Assembly (NCBI GenBank): GCA_043721935.1
Contig: JAYSPU010000067.1
Coordinates: forward strand, 1 to 34,134
Source: Bacteroidota bacterium
GTDB lineage: Bacteria > Bacteroidota > Bacteroidia > AKYH767-A > 2013-40CM-41-45
Length of the DNA: 34,134 bases
Reading direction: 5' to 3'
The notes beneath the pieces were generated by a model. The model made no database searches. It was not told the DNA's origin and worked only from the letters and a program-made list of their open reading frames with translations. Below are positions 1-8,916 of the stretch, piece after piece. The first letter of the stretch is position 1; the number at the start of each line of letters is the position of its first letter. Both the position numbers and the translations under genes were made by a program.

Positions 1-393
1 CAAATAGCCGAACAAATAGGAACTGAATGGCCGGAAGCATTGCTCATCAGAACATTGCCTAACTCAAGAGAGAAGTTGAATTTTCAGTACAGTGGAACGA
101 ATCCGGTTTTTTTACATGCCAATGCTGCTGCATTACTTTCGATGAACAATGTGCAACATCTTTTAGTTGACTTCCCAAGTATTGACAGAGAAGAAGACGG
201 CGGACGATTATCGGCACATAAAGCATTTTGGAATTATCCGGAAGCAATCCGAAAAAATGCGACGATAACTGAGCTGATTTTTGTTCCGGAAACCATTTTT
301 GACGGATGGTATTTGCTCAATTTACAGACCGCAAGCTTCGATAATGATGCTTCTCCGTCTAAACCTGTCCTTTTTAAGGCCGAAATTATTTAG
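1..393 (+). CDS. Cyclase-family (kynurenine formamidase-like) metal-dependent hydrolase, 5'-truncated by the window edge
   Basis: Frame is open from base 1 (QIAEQIGTEWPEALLIRTLPN...). Motifs VDFPSID, LSAHKAFW, TITELI and DASPSKP match the C-terminal half of cyclase-family proteins. Stop TAG at 391-393. Confidence 0.75.
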   Translation, partial: QIAEQIGTEWPEALLIRTLPNSREKLNFQYSGTNPVFLHANAAALLSMNNVQHLLVDFPSIDREEDGGRLSAHKAFWNYPEAIRKNATITELIFVPETIFDGWYLLNLQTASFDNDASPSKPVLFKAEII

Positions 394-408
394 ATCGCTT
401 CTAAATAA
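386..408. promoter_or_regulatory. Palindromic operator candidate TTATTTAGA-N5-TCTAAATAA (Fur-like box)
   Basis: Perfect 9-bp arms (386-394 and 400-408) with a 5-bp spacer. The 19-bp core ATTTAGA-N5-TCTAAAT resembles a Fur box proposed for Flavobacteriia (recalled, not verified). Lies upstream of a heme- and Fe-S-rich operon. Confidence 0.45.
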
Positions 409-605
409 GGAAATTCTAATTTTTGCCCATATATGTTTAATAGAACACTATAAAGTGCTACAAAAAAACGGTACGTACTGATAACCCAACCCTTACGTTA
501 TTTTTTAGAACCGTCAGAACAAAGTTTTAGAACAATTGTTGGTCAAATAGAAATGTTATACGAACAAATTGTTAATGCTTTTTTAAATTTTTTTTCAGAA
601 ATACT

Positions 606-634
606 TTTGTTAAACATTGTTTCTAATAAATTTG
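606..634 (+). promoter_or_regulatory. Bacteroidota housekeeping-sigma promoter for the act operon (-33 TTTG, -7 TAAATTTG)
   Basis: TTTG at 606-609 and TAAATTTG at 627-634 with a 17-nt spacer, about 92 nt upstream of the actA ATG. Confidence 0.6.
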
Positions 635-726
635 CACCCGTTCAAAAAACTGACAGTTTTATGACCGCCTCAGGTGCATACCAGATTTCCCTGATTGCAT
701 GAAGCGAACGAACTAAAATAATAAAC

Positions 727-1965
727 ATGAAGTACCATTACAGATCCCGGTATTCTGCTTTCATTTTTACCTTACTATTAATCTCCTTTGCTTCGTTTTC
801 AAAGGTTTCTGCTCAGGATGGCGAAGCCTTGTTCAAAGCAAACTGTACATCGTGCCATGCGATTCAGGACAGGGTAATCGGACCGGCCCTGAAAGGGGTT
901 TCTACTCGTCGTTCTGAAGAATGGCTGATCAAGTGGATAAAAAATTCACAAGCAGTAATTAAGAGCGGTGATGAATATGGCGTAAAACTTTTTAATGAAT
1001 ACAACAAAGTAGCCATGACTTCCTTCAATTTGAAGGACGATGAGATCAAAGCGATGCTGGCTTATATTAAAACCGAAGAGGCAAAACCGGCTACTGGTAC
1101 TGCTGCTACCGGAGTTTCCGGGACAGAAGCAGTGCAAGTAGAAAAACCAATGTGGCCTTATTTATTGATCTCTGCTTTTGTTTTATACTTATTAATTGGC
1201 GTTCTGGGAAGAGTTCAGAAAACATTGGAAAAAACCGTACGTCAAAAGAATGGTTTACCTGAACCGACGCCGGTAACAAATAAGGTTCGTAACCGTGAAT
1301 GGATTCGCCAGAATAAGAAATTAATTGCCGTAGGATTAATCCTGATTACACTTGTTGGAAGTGTAAAAGGCTGGTACTCTTTACAGTCCATTGGTCTTTC
1401 ACAAGGGTATACACCGGATCAACCAATTGCATATTCGCATAAATTACACGCCGGAACGATGCAGATTTCTTGTATCTATTGTCACAGCGGTGCTGAGCGA
1501 GGTAAAGTTGCAGGAATTCCTTCTGCAAATGTTTGTATGAACTGCCACAAATTCGTTCGCAAAGGACCAACTACAGGAACAGAAGAAATTGCTAAAATCT
1601 ATAAGGCATTGGATTATGATCCTGACAAAGGAACGTATGGTCCGAATCAAAAACCGATTCAATGGGTGCGTGTTCACAACCTGCCTGATCTTGCCTATTT
1701 CAATCATGCTCAACACGTGGTAGTTGGAAAAGTGGAATGTCAGACTTGTCACGGACCGGTTCAGGACAGTATGACGGTAGCAATGCAGTATTCACCACTT
1801 ACAATGAGCTGGTGTATCAACTGCCATAAAGAAACTAAAGTGAAAATGGCCGGTAACGGTTATTACGATGATATACACAAACGTCTGACAGCTAAATACG
1901 GTTCGGATACTTTATTAACCGTTGCGCGTCTAGGCGGAACAGAGTGTGCACGTTGCCATTACTAG
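727..1965 (+). CDS. actA: Alternative complex III subunit A: N-terminal monoheme cytochrome c plus pentaheme domain
   Basis: Sec-type signal peptide. Six CxxCH motifs (CTSCH; CIYCH, CMNCH, CQTCH, CINCH, CARCH). Two hydrophobic helices separate the domains. QPIAYSHKLHAG and WVRVHNLPD motifs. First gene of the act cluster. Confidence 0.93.
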   Translation: MKYHYRSRYSAFIFTLLLISFASFSKVSAQDGEALFKANCTSCHAIQDRVIGPALKGVSTRRSEEWLIKWIKNSQAVIKSGDEYGVKLFNEYNKVAMTSFNLKDDEIKAMLAYIKTEEAKPATGTAATGVSGTEAVQVEKPMWPYLLISAFVLYLLIGVLGRVQKTLEKTVRQKNGLPEPTPVTNKVRNREWIRQNKKLIAVGLILITLVGSVKGWYSLQSIGLSQGYTPDQPIAYSHKLHAGTMQISCIYCHSGAERGKVAGIPSANVCMNCHKFVRKGPTTGTEEIAKIYKALDYDPDKGTYGPNQKPIQWVRVHNLPDLAYFNHAQHVVVGKVECQTCHGPVQDSMTVAMQYSPLTMSWCINCHKETKVKMAGNGYYDDIHKRLTAKYGSDTLLTVARLGGTECARCHY

Positions 1966-2018
1966 GCTACATTCGTTAAACAAAACATTGCTCAGGCAAT
2001 AACCATTAATACCCAACA

Positions 2019-5000
2019 ATGGAAAAAAAATACTGGAAAGGTCTCGAAGAACTCCGCAACGATGCAGAGTTTGTTCGTTTGAAAAACAACGAATTTTATG
2101 AACCCATTCCGATTGATGAATTAGTCAATAAAAAAGCAGAAGATCCGACTGTAACTCCACGTCGTGACTTTTTGAAATTCCTCGGCTTTAGTGTAGCTGC
2201 TGCATCGCTTGCAGCATGTGAGGCTCCAGTTCGCAAGACGATTCCGTACTTGATTCGTCCGGACCAAATTACACCGGGTATTGCCAATTACTATGCATCA
2301 ACTTATTTTGATGGATATGATTATGCAAGTATCGTTGTAAAAACGCGCGAAGGCCGTCCAATTAAAGTAGAAGGAAATGAACTTTCTTCTATTACTAAAG
2401 GAAAGGTGAATGCACGTGTGCAGGCTACTGTACTTTCTTTATACGACAACACCCGCCTTCGTCAGCCTATGATGAATGGAAGTGCAGCAAAATGGGACGC
2501 AGTAGATAAAGAAATCGGTTCAGCTCTTACTTCTATCGCTGCCAAAGGCGGAAAGATTCGTATTCTTTCTTCTACAGTGATCAGTCCGTCGACATTAAAA
2601 GTAATTTCTCAGTTTACAAATAAATATCCGTCAGCTCGTCATATTCAGTATGATGCAGTTTCATCTTCTGCAATGCGTAAAGCGAATGCTGAGAGTTTTG
2701 GTATAGATGGAATTCCAACTTATTCGTTTGATAAAGCAAGTGTTATCGTATCATTTGATGCGGATTTTCTTGGCAACTGGATTTCTCCTGTAGAATTCTC
2801 AATTCAGTATGCTCAAACAAGAAAACTAAACGACGGTAAGAAAGACATGTCTCGTCATTATCATTTCGAGTCGATGTTATCATTGACCGGAAGTAATGCC
2901 GATAAACGTATTGCGATCAAACCTTCCATGCAAGGAGCTGCTGTTGCTGCATTGTACAATGCATTGGCAACAAAAGCAGATGCTGCTTCTGTTAGCGGTC
3001 CTTCCATTGGTGAATCCGGAAAAGAAATCGGAAAAATTGCCGATGAACTTTGGGCAAATCGTGGTAAGTCTTTGGTTGTATCCGGCGTGAATAACATTGC
3101 CATTCAATCAATGGTGAATGCTATCAATTCATTGTTGGACAATTATGGCTCAACGATTAATCTGGACACTGCATGCAACCTGCGCAAAGGAAACGATGCA
3201 GATGTTGCAATGTTAGTAGATGAATTGTCAAAAGGTGAAGTAGATGCATTGTTTGTTTATAACAGCAATCCGGTTTATACACTTCCGAATGGTAAAGCAA
3301 TCGCTGATGCCATTAAGAAAGCAACTCTTTCTGTATCCTTTGCTGACAGATCAGATGAAACAGCATCCGCTTGTAAATTCATTTGCCCTGATCACAATCC
3401 GTTTGAAGCATGGTCTGATGCTGAACCAAAAGCCGGATTCTATTCAATTGGTCAGCCAACCATCGCTCCGTTATTTGATACACGTCAGTTTGAAGAAAGT
3501 ATGCTCGCATGGTCCGGTTCGCCTTCAAACTATCACGATTTTATGAAGCAAAACTGGTCGTCACGTCTTTCATCGGACATGACCTGGGATAAACTTTTGC
3601 AAACCGGTGTGATGGAAAAAACACCATCTACAGGATCAAAATATACTTCGAAAGCTAACCTTAGTGCTGTTGCCGCAGCGTTACCACAACCGTCCAACGG
3701 TTTTGAAGTGGTTATCTATGAAAAAATGGGATTGGGTAATGGTTATCAATCCAACAATCCGTGGTTGCAAGAACTTCCGGATCCAATCACTCGCGTGACA
3801 TGGGATAATTACGTATGTGTTTCTCCTCGTGATGCCCGTGAAAAGGGATGGATGCAAGGCAATGTGGTGACCTTAAAAACTCCTACAGCATCTGTTAAAG
3901 CTCCGGTGTTAATTCAGCCGGGTCTGACACCTGGAACAATTGCTGTTGCAGTTGGATATGGTCGTACAGGAGCAGGTAAGACTGCTGACGGTATTGGTTT
4001 CAATGCATATGCACTTGCTACTCTTTCTTCTGCAGGAATGAATTTCACCTCTGCAGTTGATGTACAAAAAACAGTAGAAGAAGATTATAAATTTGCTTCA
4101 ACACAGACACACCATACGATGATGGGTCGTGAGATTGTAAAAGAAACAATTCTTTCTGAATACATTAAAGATCCGCAAGCCGGCAATGAACCTGAATTGC
4201 TCGAGGTAAGAGCCGGTAAAAATGTTTCTAAACAATCAACAGAGAACGTGAACTTATGGGATGATTTCGATATTGGTAACCATCATTGGGGACTAGCTAT
4301 TGATCTGAATGCCTGTACCGGTTGTGGTGCTTGTGTAGTTGCTTGTAGTGCAGAAAATAACGTACCGGTAGTTGGGAAAGACGAAGTAATGCGCAGTCGT
4401 GAAATGCACTGGATACGTATTGACCGTTACTATTCAAGTGATGCGGATGAGAAACAAGGTGGTGACGGCGATGTAAAGAAAATGGAAGATCCGAGTGATT
4501 TTCCTGCTGTTGTATTCCAGCCACTAATGTGTCAGCATTGTAATCATGCTCCTTGTGAGACGGTATGTCCGGTAATCGCGACAAGCCACTCATCAGAGGG
4601 ATTGAATCAAATGACCTATAACCGTTGTGTGGGAACTCGTTACTGTGCGAACAACTGTCCGTACAAAGTTCGTCGCTTCAATTGGTTCCGTTATGCAGAC
4701 AATCCGAAGTTTGATTTCAACCTCAACAATGACCTGGGTAAAATGGTCTTGAATCCGGATGTAGTTGTTCGTTCACGCGGAGTTATGGAAAAATGCTCCA
4801 TGTGTGTTCAACGTCTGCAGGATGGAAAATTAACAGCAAAAAAAGAAGGACGTAAAATTAAGGATGGAGAAATCGAAACTGCATGTTCTCAAACATGTCC
4901 GACCCATGCTATTACGTTCGGTGATTATAACGATTCCGGAAGCCGTTTAAGAAAATTATGGAGACCGGAAGAACGCAGTTACCATTTACTTGGAGAACTG

Positions 5001-5081
5001 AATGTTCAGCCGAATGTATTCTACATGACCAAGGTTCGGAATGCAGAAGAATCAGCAGTAAAAGAAGAAAAAAAAGCTTAA
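2019..5081 (+). CDS. actB: Alternative complex III subunit B (molybdopterin-oxidoreductase-like domain plus Fe-S domain)
   Basis: N-terminal KKYWKGLEEL, Tat motif RRDFLK, lipobox LAAC and GRPIKVEGN. Fe-S motifs CTGCGACVVAC, CQHCNHAPCETVC, CVGTRYCANNC and CSMC...CSQTC. Confidence 0.95.
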   Translation: MEKKYWKGLEELRNDAEFVRLKNNEFYEPIPIDELVNKKAEDPTVTPRRDFLKFLGFSVAAASLAACEAPVRKTIPYLIRPDQITPGIANYYASTYFDGYDYASIVVKTREGRPIKVEGNELSSITKGKVNARVQATVLSLYDNTRLRQPMMNGSAAKWDAVDKEIGSALTSIAAKGGKIRILSSTVISPSTLKVISQFTNKYPSARHIQYDAVSSSAMRKANAESFGIDGIPTYSFDKASVIVSFDADFLGNWISPVEFSIQYAQTRKLNDGKKDMSRHYHFESMLSLTGSNADKRIAIKPSMQGAAVAALYNALATKADAASVSGPSIGESGKEIGKIADELWANRGKSLVVSGVNNIAIQSMVNAINSLLDNYGSTINLDTACNLRKGNDADVAMLVDELSKGEVDALFVYNSNPVYTLPNGKAIADAIKKATLSVSFADRSDETASACKFICPDHNPFEAWSDAEPKAGFYSIGQPTIAPLFDTRQFEESMLAWSGSPSNYHDFMKQNWSSRLSSDMTWDKLLQTGVMEKTPSTGSKYTSKANLSAVAAALPQPSNGFEVVIYEKMGLGNGYQSNNPWLQELPDPITRVTWDNYVCVSPRDAREKGWMQGNVVTLKTPTASVKAPVLIQPGLTPGTIAVAVGYGRTGAGKTADGIGFNAYALATLSSAGMNFTSAVDVQKTVEEDYKFASTQTHHTMMGREIVKETILSEYIKDPQAGNEPELLEVRAGKNVSKQSTENVNLWDDFDIGNHHWGLAIDLNACTGCGACVVACSAENNVPVVGKDEVMRSREMHWIRIDRYYSSDADEKQGGDGDVKKMEDPSDFPAVVFQPLMCQHCNHAPCETVCPVIATSHSSEGLNQMTYNRCVGTRYCANNCPYKVRRFNWFRYADNPKFDFNLNNDLGKMVLNPDVVVRSRGVMEKCSMCVQRLQDGKLTAKKEGRKIKDGEIETACSQTCPTHAITFGDYNDSGSRLRKLWRPEERSYHLLGELNVQPNVFYMTKVRNAEESAVKEEKKA

Positions 5082-5106
5082 TCAGTTCACACGATAGTAT
5101 ACAAGC

Positions 5107-6486
5107 ATGAGCGGTTTACATGAATCGGTTGTACGGGATCCGTTAATTCTCGGGAAGAAAACCTACCATCAGATGACAGAAGATATTTGTCGTCCCATAG
5201 AGGGAAAAGCCAATAAATATTGGTGGGTTTCTTTCATCATCGCTTTTACGACGATGGTCTGGGGGATGATTTGTTTGTCCTATACAATTGGTACCGGTAT
5301 CGGTGCCTGGGGAGCAAATAAAACTGTCGGTTGGGCATGGGATATTACCAACTTCGTTTGGTGGATCGGTATTGGTCACGCCGGTACATTGATCTCTGCG
5401 ATCTTATTGTTATTCCGTCAACGTTGGAGAATGGCAATCAATCGATCAGCGGAGGCCATGACCATCTTTGCCGTAATCTGTGCAGGTTTATTTCCTTTGT
5501 TTCACACCGGTCGTCCTTGGTTGGATTACTGGATGTTACCATTACCAAATCAATTTGGTTCGCTTTGGGTGAATTTCAATTCACCACTTTTATGGGACGT
5601 ATTCGCAGTATCTACTTACTTCTCCGTATCGCTTGTTTTCTGGTATTTAGGTTTATTACCTGATCTTGCTACAGTACGTGATCGTTGTATTAATCCTACG
5701 AAGCGTTTTATCTACGGTATTCTTTCCTTTGGATGGAAAGGTACAGCCCGTGACTGGCACCGATTTGAAGAAGTATCGCTTGTATTAGCCGGACTTTCAA
5801 CGCCACTCGTACTTTCAGTACACACGATTGTATCCTTTGACTTTGCCACTTCAATTGTCCCGGGTTGGCACACAACTATCTTCCCACCTTATTTCGTTGC
5901 AGGTGCGATCTTCTCCGGTTTCGCCATGGTATTAACGCTGATGATCATTGCGCGTAAAGTATTGGGATTACAGGAATACATTACTATTCAGCACATCGAA
6001 TTGATGAATAAAATTATCATCCTTACAGGATCGATAGTTGGTGTTGCTTATCTGACAGAGTTTTTCATGTCGTGGTATTCAGGAGTATTGTATGAAAAAT
6101 ATGCATTCAGAAACCGAATGTTTGGTCCGTATTGGTGGGCATACTGGAGTATGATGACGTGTAATGTAATTACACCTCAATTATTCTGGTCGAAAAAAAT
6201 TCGTACAAGTATAATGGCAACGTTCATCATTTCAATATTCGTTAACATTGGAATGTGGTTTGAGCGTTTTGTAATCATCGTTACATCACTTCACCGTGAC
6301 TATCTGCCATCGAGTTGGGTAATGTATTCTCCGACCTATATTGAAGTTGGTATTTTCGTAGGAACCATTGGATTGTTCTTCACCTTGTTCCTGATTTTTG
6401 CTCGTGTGTTTCCTGTGATTGCACTGGCCGAGTTAAAGTCAATTTTGAAGAAGACCGGAAATCAGTATAAGAAAAAAGAACTCTAA
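5107..6486 (+). CDS. actC: Alternative complex III subunit C (NrfD/PsrC-family quinol-binding membrane subunit)
   Basis: WDITNFVWWIGIGHAGTLISA, RSAEAMT, HTGRPW, SPLLWD, PGWHTTIFPPYF and GMWFERFVII motifs; many transmembrane helices. Confidence 0.95.
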   Translation: MSGLHESVVRDPLILGKKTYHQMTEDICRPIEGKANKYWWVSFIIAFTTMVWGMICLSYTIGTGIGAWGANKTVGWAWDITNFVWWIGIGHAGTLISAILLLFRQRWRMAINRSAEAMTIFAVICAGLFPLFHTGRPWLDYWMLPLPNQFGSLWVNFNSPLLWDVFAVSTYFSVSLVFWYLGLLPDLATVRDRCINPTKRFIYGILSFGWKGTARDWHRFEEVSLVLAGLSTPLVLSVHTIVSFDFATSIVPGWHTTIFPPYFVAGAIFSGFAMVLTLMIIARKVLGLQEYITIQHIELMNKIIILTGSIVGVAYLTEFFMSWYSGVLYEKYAFRNRMFGPYWWAYWSMMTCNVITPQLFWSKKIRTSIMATFIISIFVNIGMWFERFVIIVTSLHRDYLPSSWVMYSPTYIEVGIFVGTIGLFFTLFLIFARVFPVIALAELKSILKKTGNQYKKKEL

Positions 6487-6487
6487 C

Positions 6488-7021
6488 ATGGCAAAAAGAA
6501 TATACGGAATCTTCGACGACGAAGAAATTTTAATGAAGGCCATTCCTTCGTTAAAGCAAAAAGGTATCGTCTGTATGGATGTTCAAAGCCCGTTTCCGAT
6601 TCACGGACTCGAAAGCTTAATTGACATTCCACGAACGCGCATTTCAATCGCTGCATTCCTTTATGGTATTACCGGAACTTCATTGGCTTTGTTGATGACC
6701 TGGTACATGATGATTCATGACTGGCCTATTAACATTGGAGGTAAACCAAACTTTATGTTTTACATGAACCTGCCGGCATTTATTCCGGTTACGTTTGAGG
6801 TAACTGTATTCTGCGCAGCTCACGGAATGGCCCTTACATTTTTATTACGCAGTAAATTATTGCCGGGCGTAACAGCTCCAATACCACATCCACGACTTAC
6901 AGATGATAAATTTGTATTACATGTTGATGTAAAAGACGAAGCTAATATGGATGAAGTTGTTGAAATTATTCGCACTTCAGGAGCTTCTGATGTATTATTA
7001 AACTCAATGCAATATTCGTGA
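6488..7021 (+). CDS. actD: Alternative complex III subunit D (DUF3341)
   Basis: SPFPIHGL, DWPINIGGKP, FIPVTFE and TDDKF motifs; two transmembrane helices; located between actC and actE. Confidence 0.92.
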   Translation: MAKRIYGIFDDEEILMKAIPSLKQKGIVCMDVQSPFPIHGLESLIDIPRTRISIAAFLYGITGTSLALLMTWYMMIHDWPINIGGKPNFMFYMNLPAFIPVTFEVTVFCAAHGMALTFLLRSKLLPGVTAPIPHPRLTDDKFVLHVDVKDEANMDEVVEIIRTSGASDVLLNSMQYS

Positions 7022-7029
7022 TCAAGTCG

Positions 7030-7668
7030 ATGAAAAAAATATTCTTATATATCCTTCCGCTCACCATAGCTGCACTGTTTCAGTCGTGCGCCAATGAAGA
7101 TCCGAAAAAGCCGGGAACTGAATACATGCCTGACATGTACCGTTCTCCTTCGTACGAAACCTATTCGTCGAATCCGCTTTTTAAAGACAGTTCAACGTCG
7201 CGTCAGCCGGTTGAGGGAACTGTAGCACGTGGAAATGCTATTTATACTGATTTCGACCGCATGCCGTATCCATATCCGAATACTCCTGATGGTTACGAAG
7301 CAGCAGGTTCAGCGATCAAAAATCCGATTGAGCGTTCAGAATTAAGTTTTATAGAAGGAAAGCGCTTATATGAAAATTATTGTACGCATTGTCACGGTGC
7401 AACAGGTCAAGGTGATGGACTGGTAGTTCAAAACAATGGTCCGAAACCACCGGCATATAATTCAGAAGCATTGAAGGACCTTGCAGAAGGCAAAATGTAT
7501 CATTCTGTTCATTGGGGTAAAAACATGATGGGATCACATTCATCACAGTTAACTCCTACACAGATCTGGAAAGTGATAATGTTTGTACATACACTTCAAC
7601 ATCCGGAAGGGCAAAGTACAGCGGCACCTGCAGCGCCGGCAACAGAAACGGCAGGAAAAAAAATCTAA
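7030..7668 (+). CDS. actE: Alternative complex III subunit E, monoheme cytochrome c lipoprotein
   Basis: Signal MKKIFLYILPLTIAALFQSC with lipobox Cys, YMPDMY, PVEGTVARG, CTHCH and a distal Met in GKNMMG. An alternative start GTG at 7018 overlaps the actD stop. Confidence 0.9.
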   Translation: MKKIFLYILPLTIAALFQSCANEDPKKPGTEYMPDMYRSPSYETYSSNPLFKDSSTSRQPVEGTVARGNAIYTDFDRMPYPYPNTPDGYEAAGSAIKNPIERSELSFIEGKRLYENYCTHCHGATGQGDGLVVQNNGPKPPAYNSEALKDLAEGKMYHSVHWGKNMMGSHSSQLTPTQIWKVIMFVHTLQHPEGQSTAAPAAPATETAGKKI

Positions 7669-7696
7669 CTGATCATTAACGTCAACGTTCCAAAAA

Positions 7697-8875
7697 ATGG
7701 ACAGAAAATACGAGCTTACCAGGAATAATAAATTGATCCCAATGGTCATGATGGCAATCGGAGTGATTGCTATTGTAATGGGTTTTATGACGGATAAAAC
7801 ACGGATATGGGCTGTTCTGTTACAGAACAATTTCTATTTTACTGCAATAGCATTATGCGGTACGTTTTTTATGGCTGTCAATTACATGGCACAGGCCGGA
7901 TGGTCTGTCGGTATTAAACGTGTTCCGGAAGCCATGGGCGGTTTTCTGAAATTTGGAATGCTGGGGATGTTTATCATCTTCGCTTTGGGTCATCACGATT
8001 TGTATCACTGGACTCACCATGAATTATACGATCCGAATAGTCCGGAGTATGATAAAATATTAGCGGGTAAATCCGGCTACTTAAATATTCCGTTTTTTGT
8101 AATCCGAATGATTGCTTATGCTGTTATTTGGGTTGGGCTCTCTTATTTACTTCGCAAACAGTCGTTACTGGAAGATGAGAACGGTGGATTAACGTACTAT
8201 AAGAAGAGTATGACTTTGTCAGCGGTATTCCTTGTATTATTTGCCATTACCTCTTCGACTGCAGGCTGGGATTTCTTGATGAGCATAGAGCCGCACTGGT
8301 TTAGTACATTGTTTGGCTGGTATACCTTTGCTGGTTTGTTTGTAAGTGGATTGGCCATGATGTGTGTCATCATTCTCTACTTGCGTAGAAAAGGGTATAT
8401 GGATCATGTTTCAGAAAGTCATTTACATGACGTTGGTAAATTTATGTTTGCCTTCTCTGTATTCTGGACTTACCTATGGTTCTCACAGTTCATGTTGATC
8501 TGGTATGCTAACCTTCCGGAGGAAGTTGTGTACTATCAGGTACGCTGGAGATATTTCAGAACGCTTTGGGTAGCTAACTTGTTAATCAATTTCTGTGCGC
8601 CGATTTTAGTATTGATGACACGTGATGCAAAACGCAAGATTCAAGTATTATGGGTGGCTGCTATTATCATTCTGTGCGGACACTGGCTGGACGTTTACAT
8701 GATGGTCATGCCGGGTATTGTTGGTCCTGATTGGCATTTAGGATTCATTGAATTCGGAACCGCAATCGGTTATCTGGGTTTATTTTTATTCAGTACTCTT
8801 ACTGAATTATCTAAAGCAACCCTTCTTCCGAAAAATCACCCGATGTTACAAGAGACGTTACATCATCATATTTAG
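7697..8875 (+). CDS. actF: Alternative complex III subunit F (ActC paralog, membrane subunit)
   Basis: KRVPEAM, WDFLMSIEPHWFSTLFG, HLHDVGKFMFAFSVFWTYLWFSQFMLIWYANLPEE motifs; about 10 transmembrane helices. Confidence 0.92.
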   Translation: MDRKYELTRNNKLIPMVMMAIGVIAIVMGFMTDKTRIWAVLLQNNFYFTAIALCGTFFMAVNYMAQAGWSVGIKRVPEAMGGFLKFGMLGMFIIFALGHHDLYHWTHHELYDPNSPEYDKILAGKSGYLNIPFFVIRMIAYAVIWVGLSYLLRKQSLLEDENGGLTYYKKSMTLSAVFLVLFAITSSTAGWDFLMSIEPHWFSTLFGWYTFAGLFVSGLAMMCVIILYLRRKGYMDHVSESHLHDVGKFMFAFSVFWTYLWFSQFMLIWYANLPEEVVYYQVRWRYFRTLWVANLLINFCAPILVLMTRDAKRKIQVLWVAAIIILCGHWLDVYMMVMPGIVGPDWHLGFIEFGTAIGYLGLFLFSTLTELSKATLLPKNHPMLQETLHHHI

Positions 8876-8916
8876 TAGTAGGTTAAAATCATTTTTGTAA
8901 AAAGAAGAATTCATCC

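Noticed and set aside
281-481. 66-aa ORF overlapping the cyclase 3' end
   Set aside because: It is out of frame with a real gene, runs across a palindromic site and has no motif support.
2019-5081. Novel molybdoenzyme
   Set aside because: Context and motifs identify ActB, whose molybdopterin-oxidoreductase-like domain is known to lack the cofactor.
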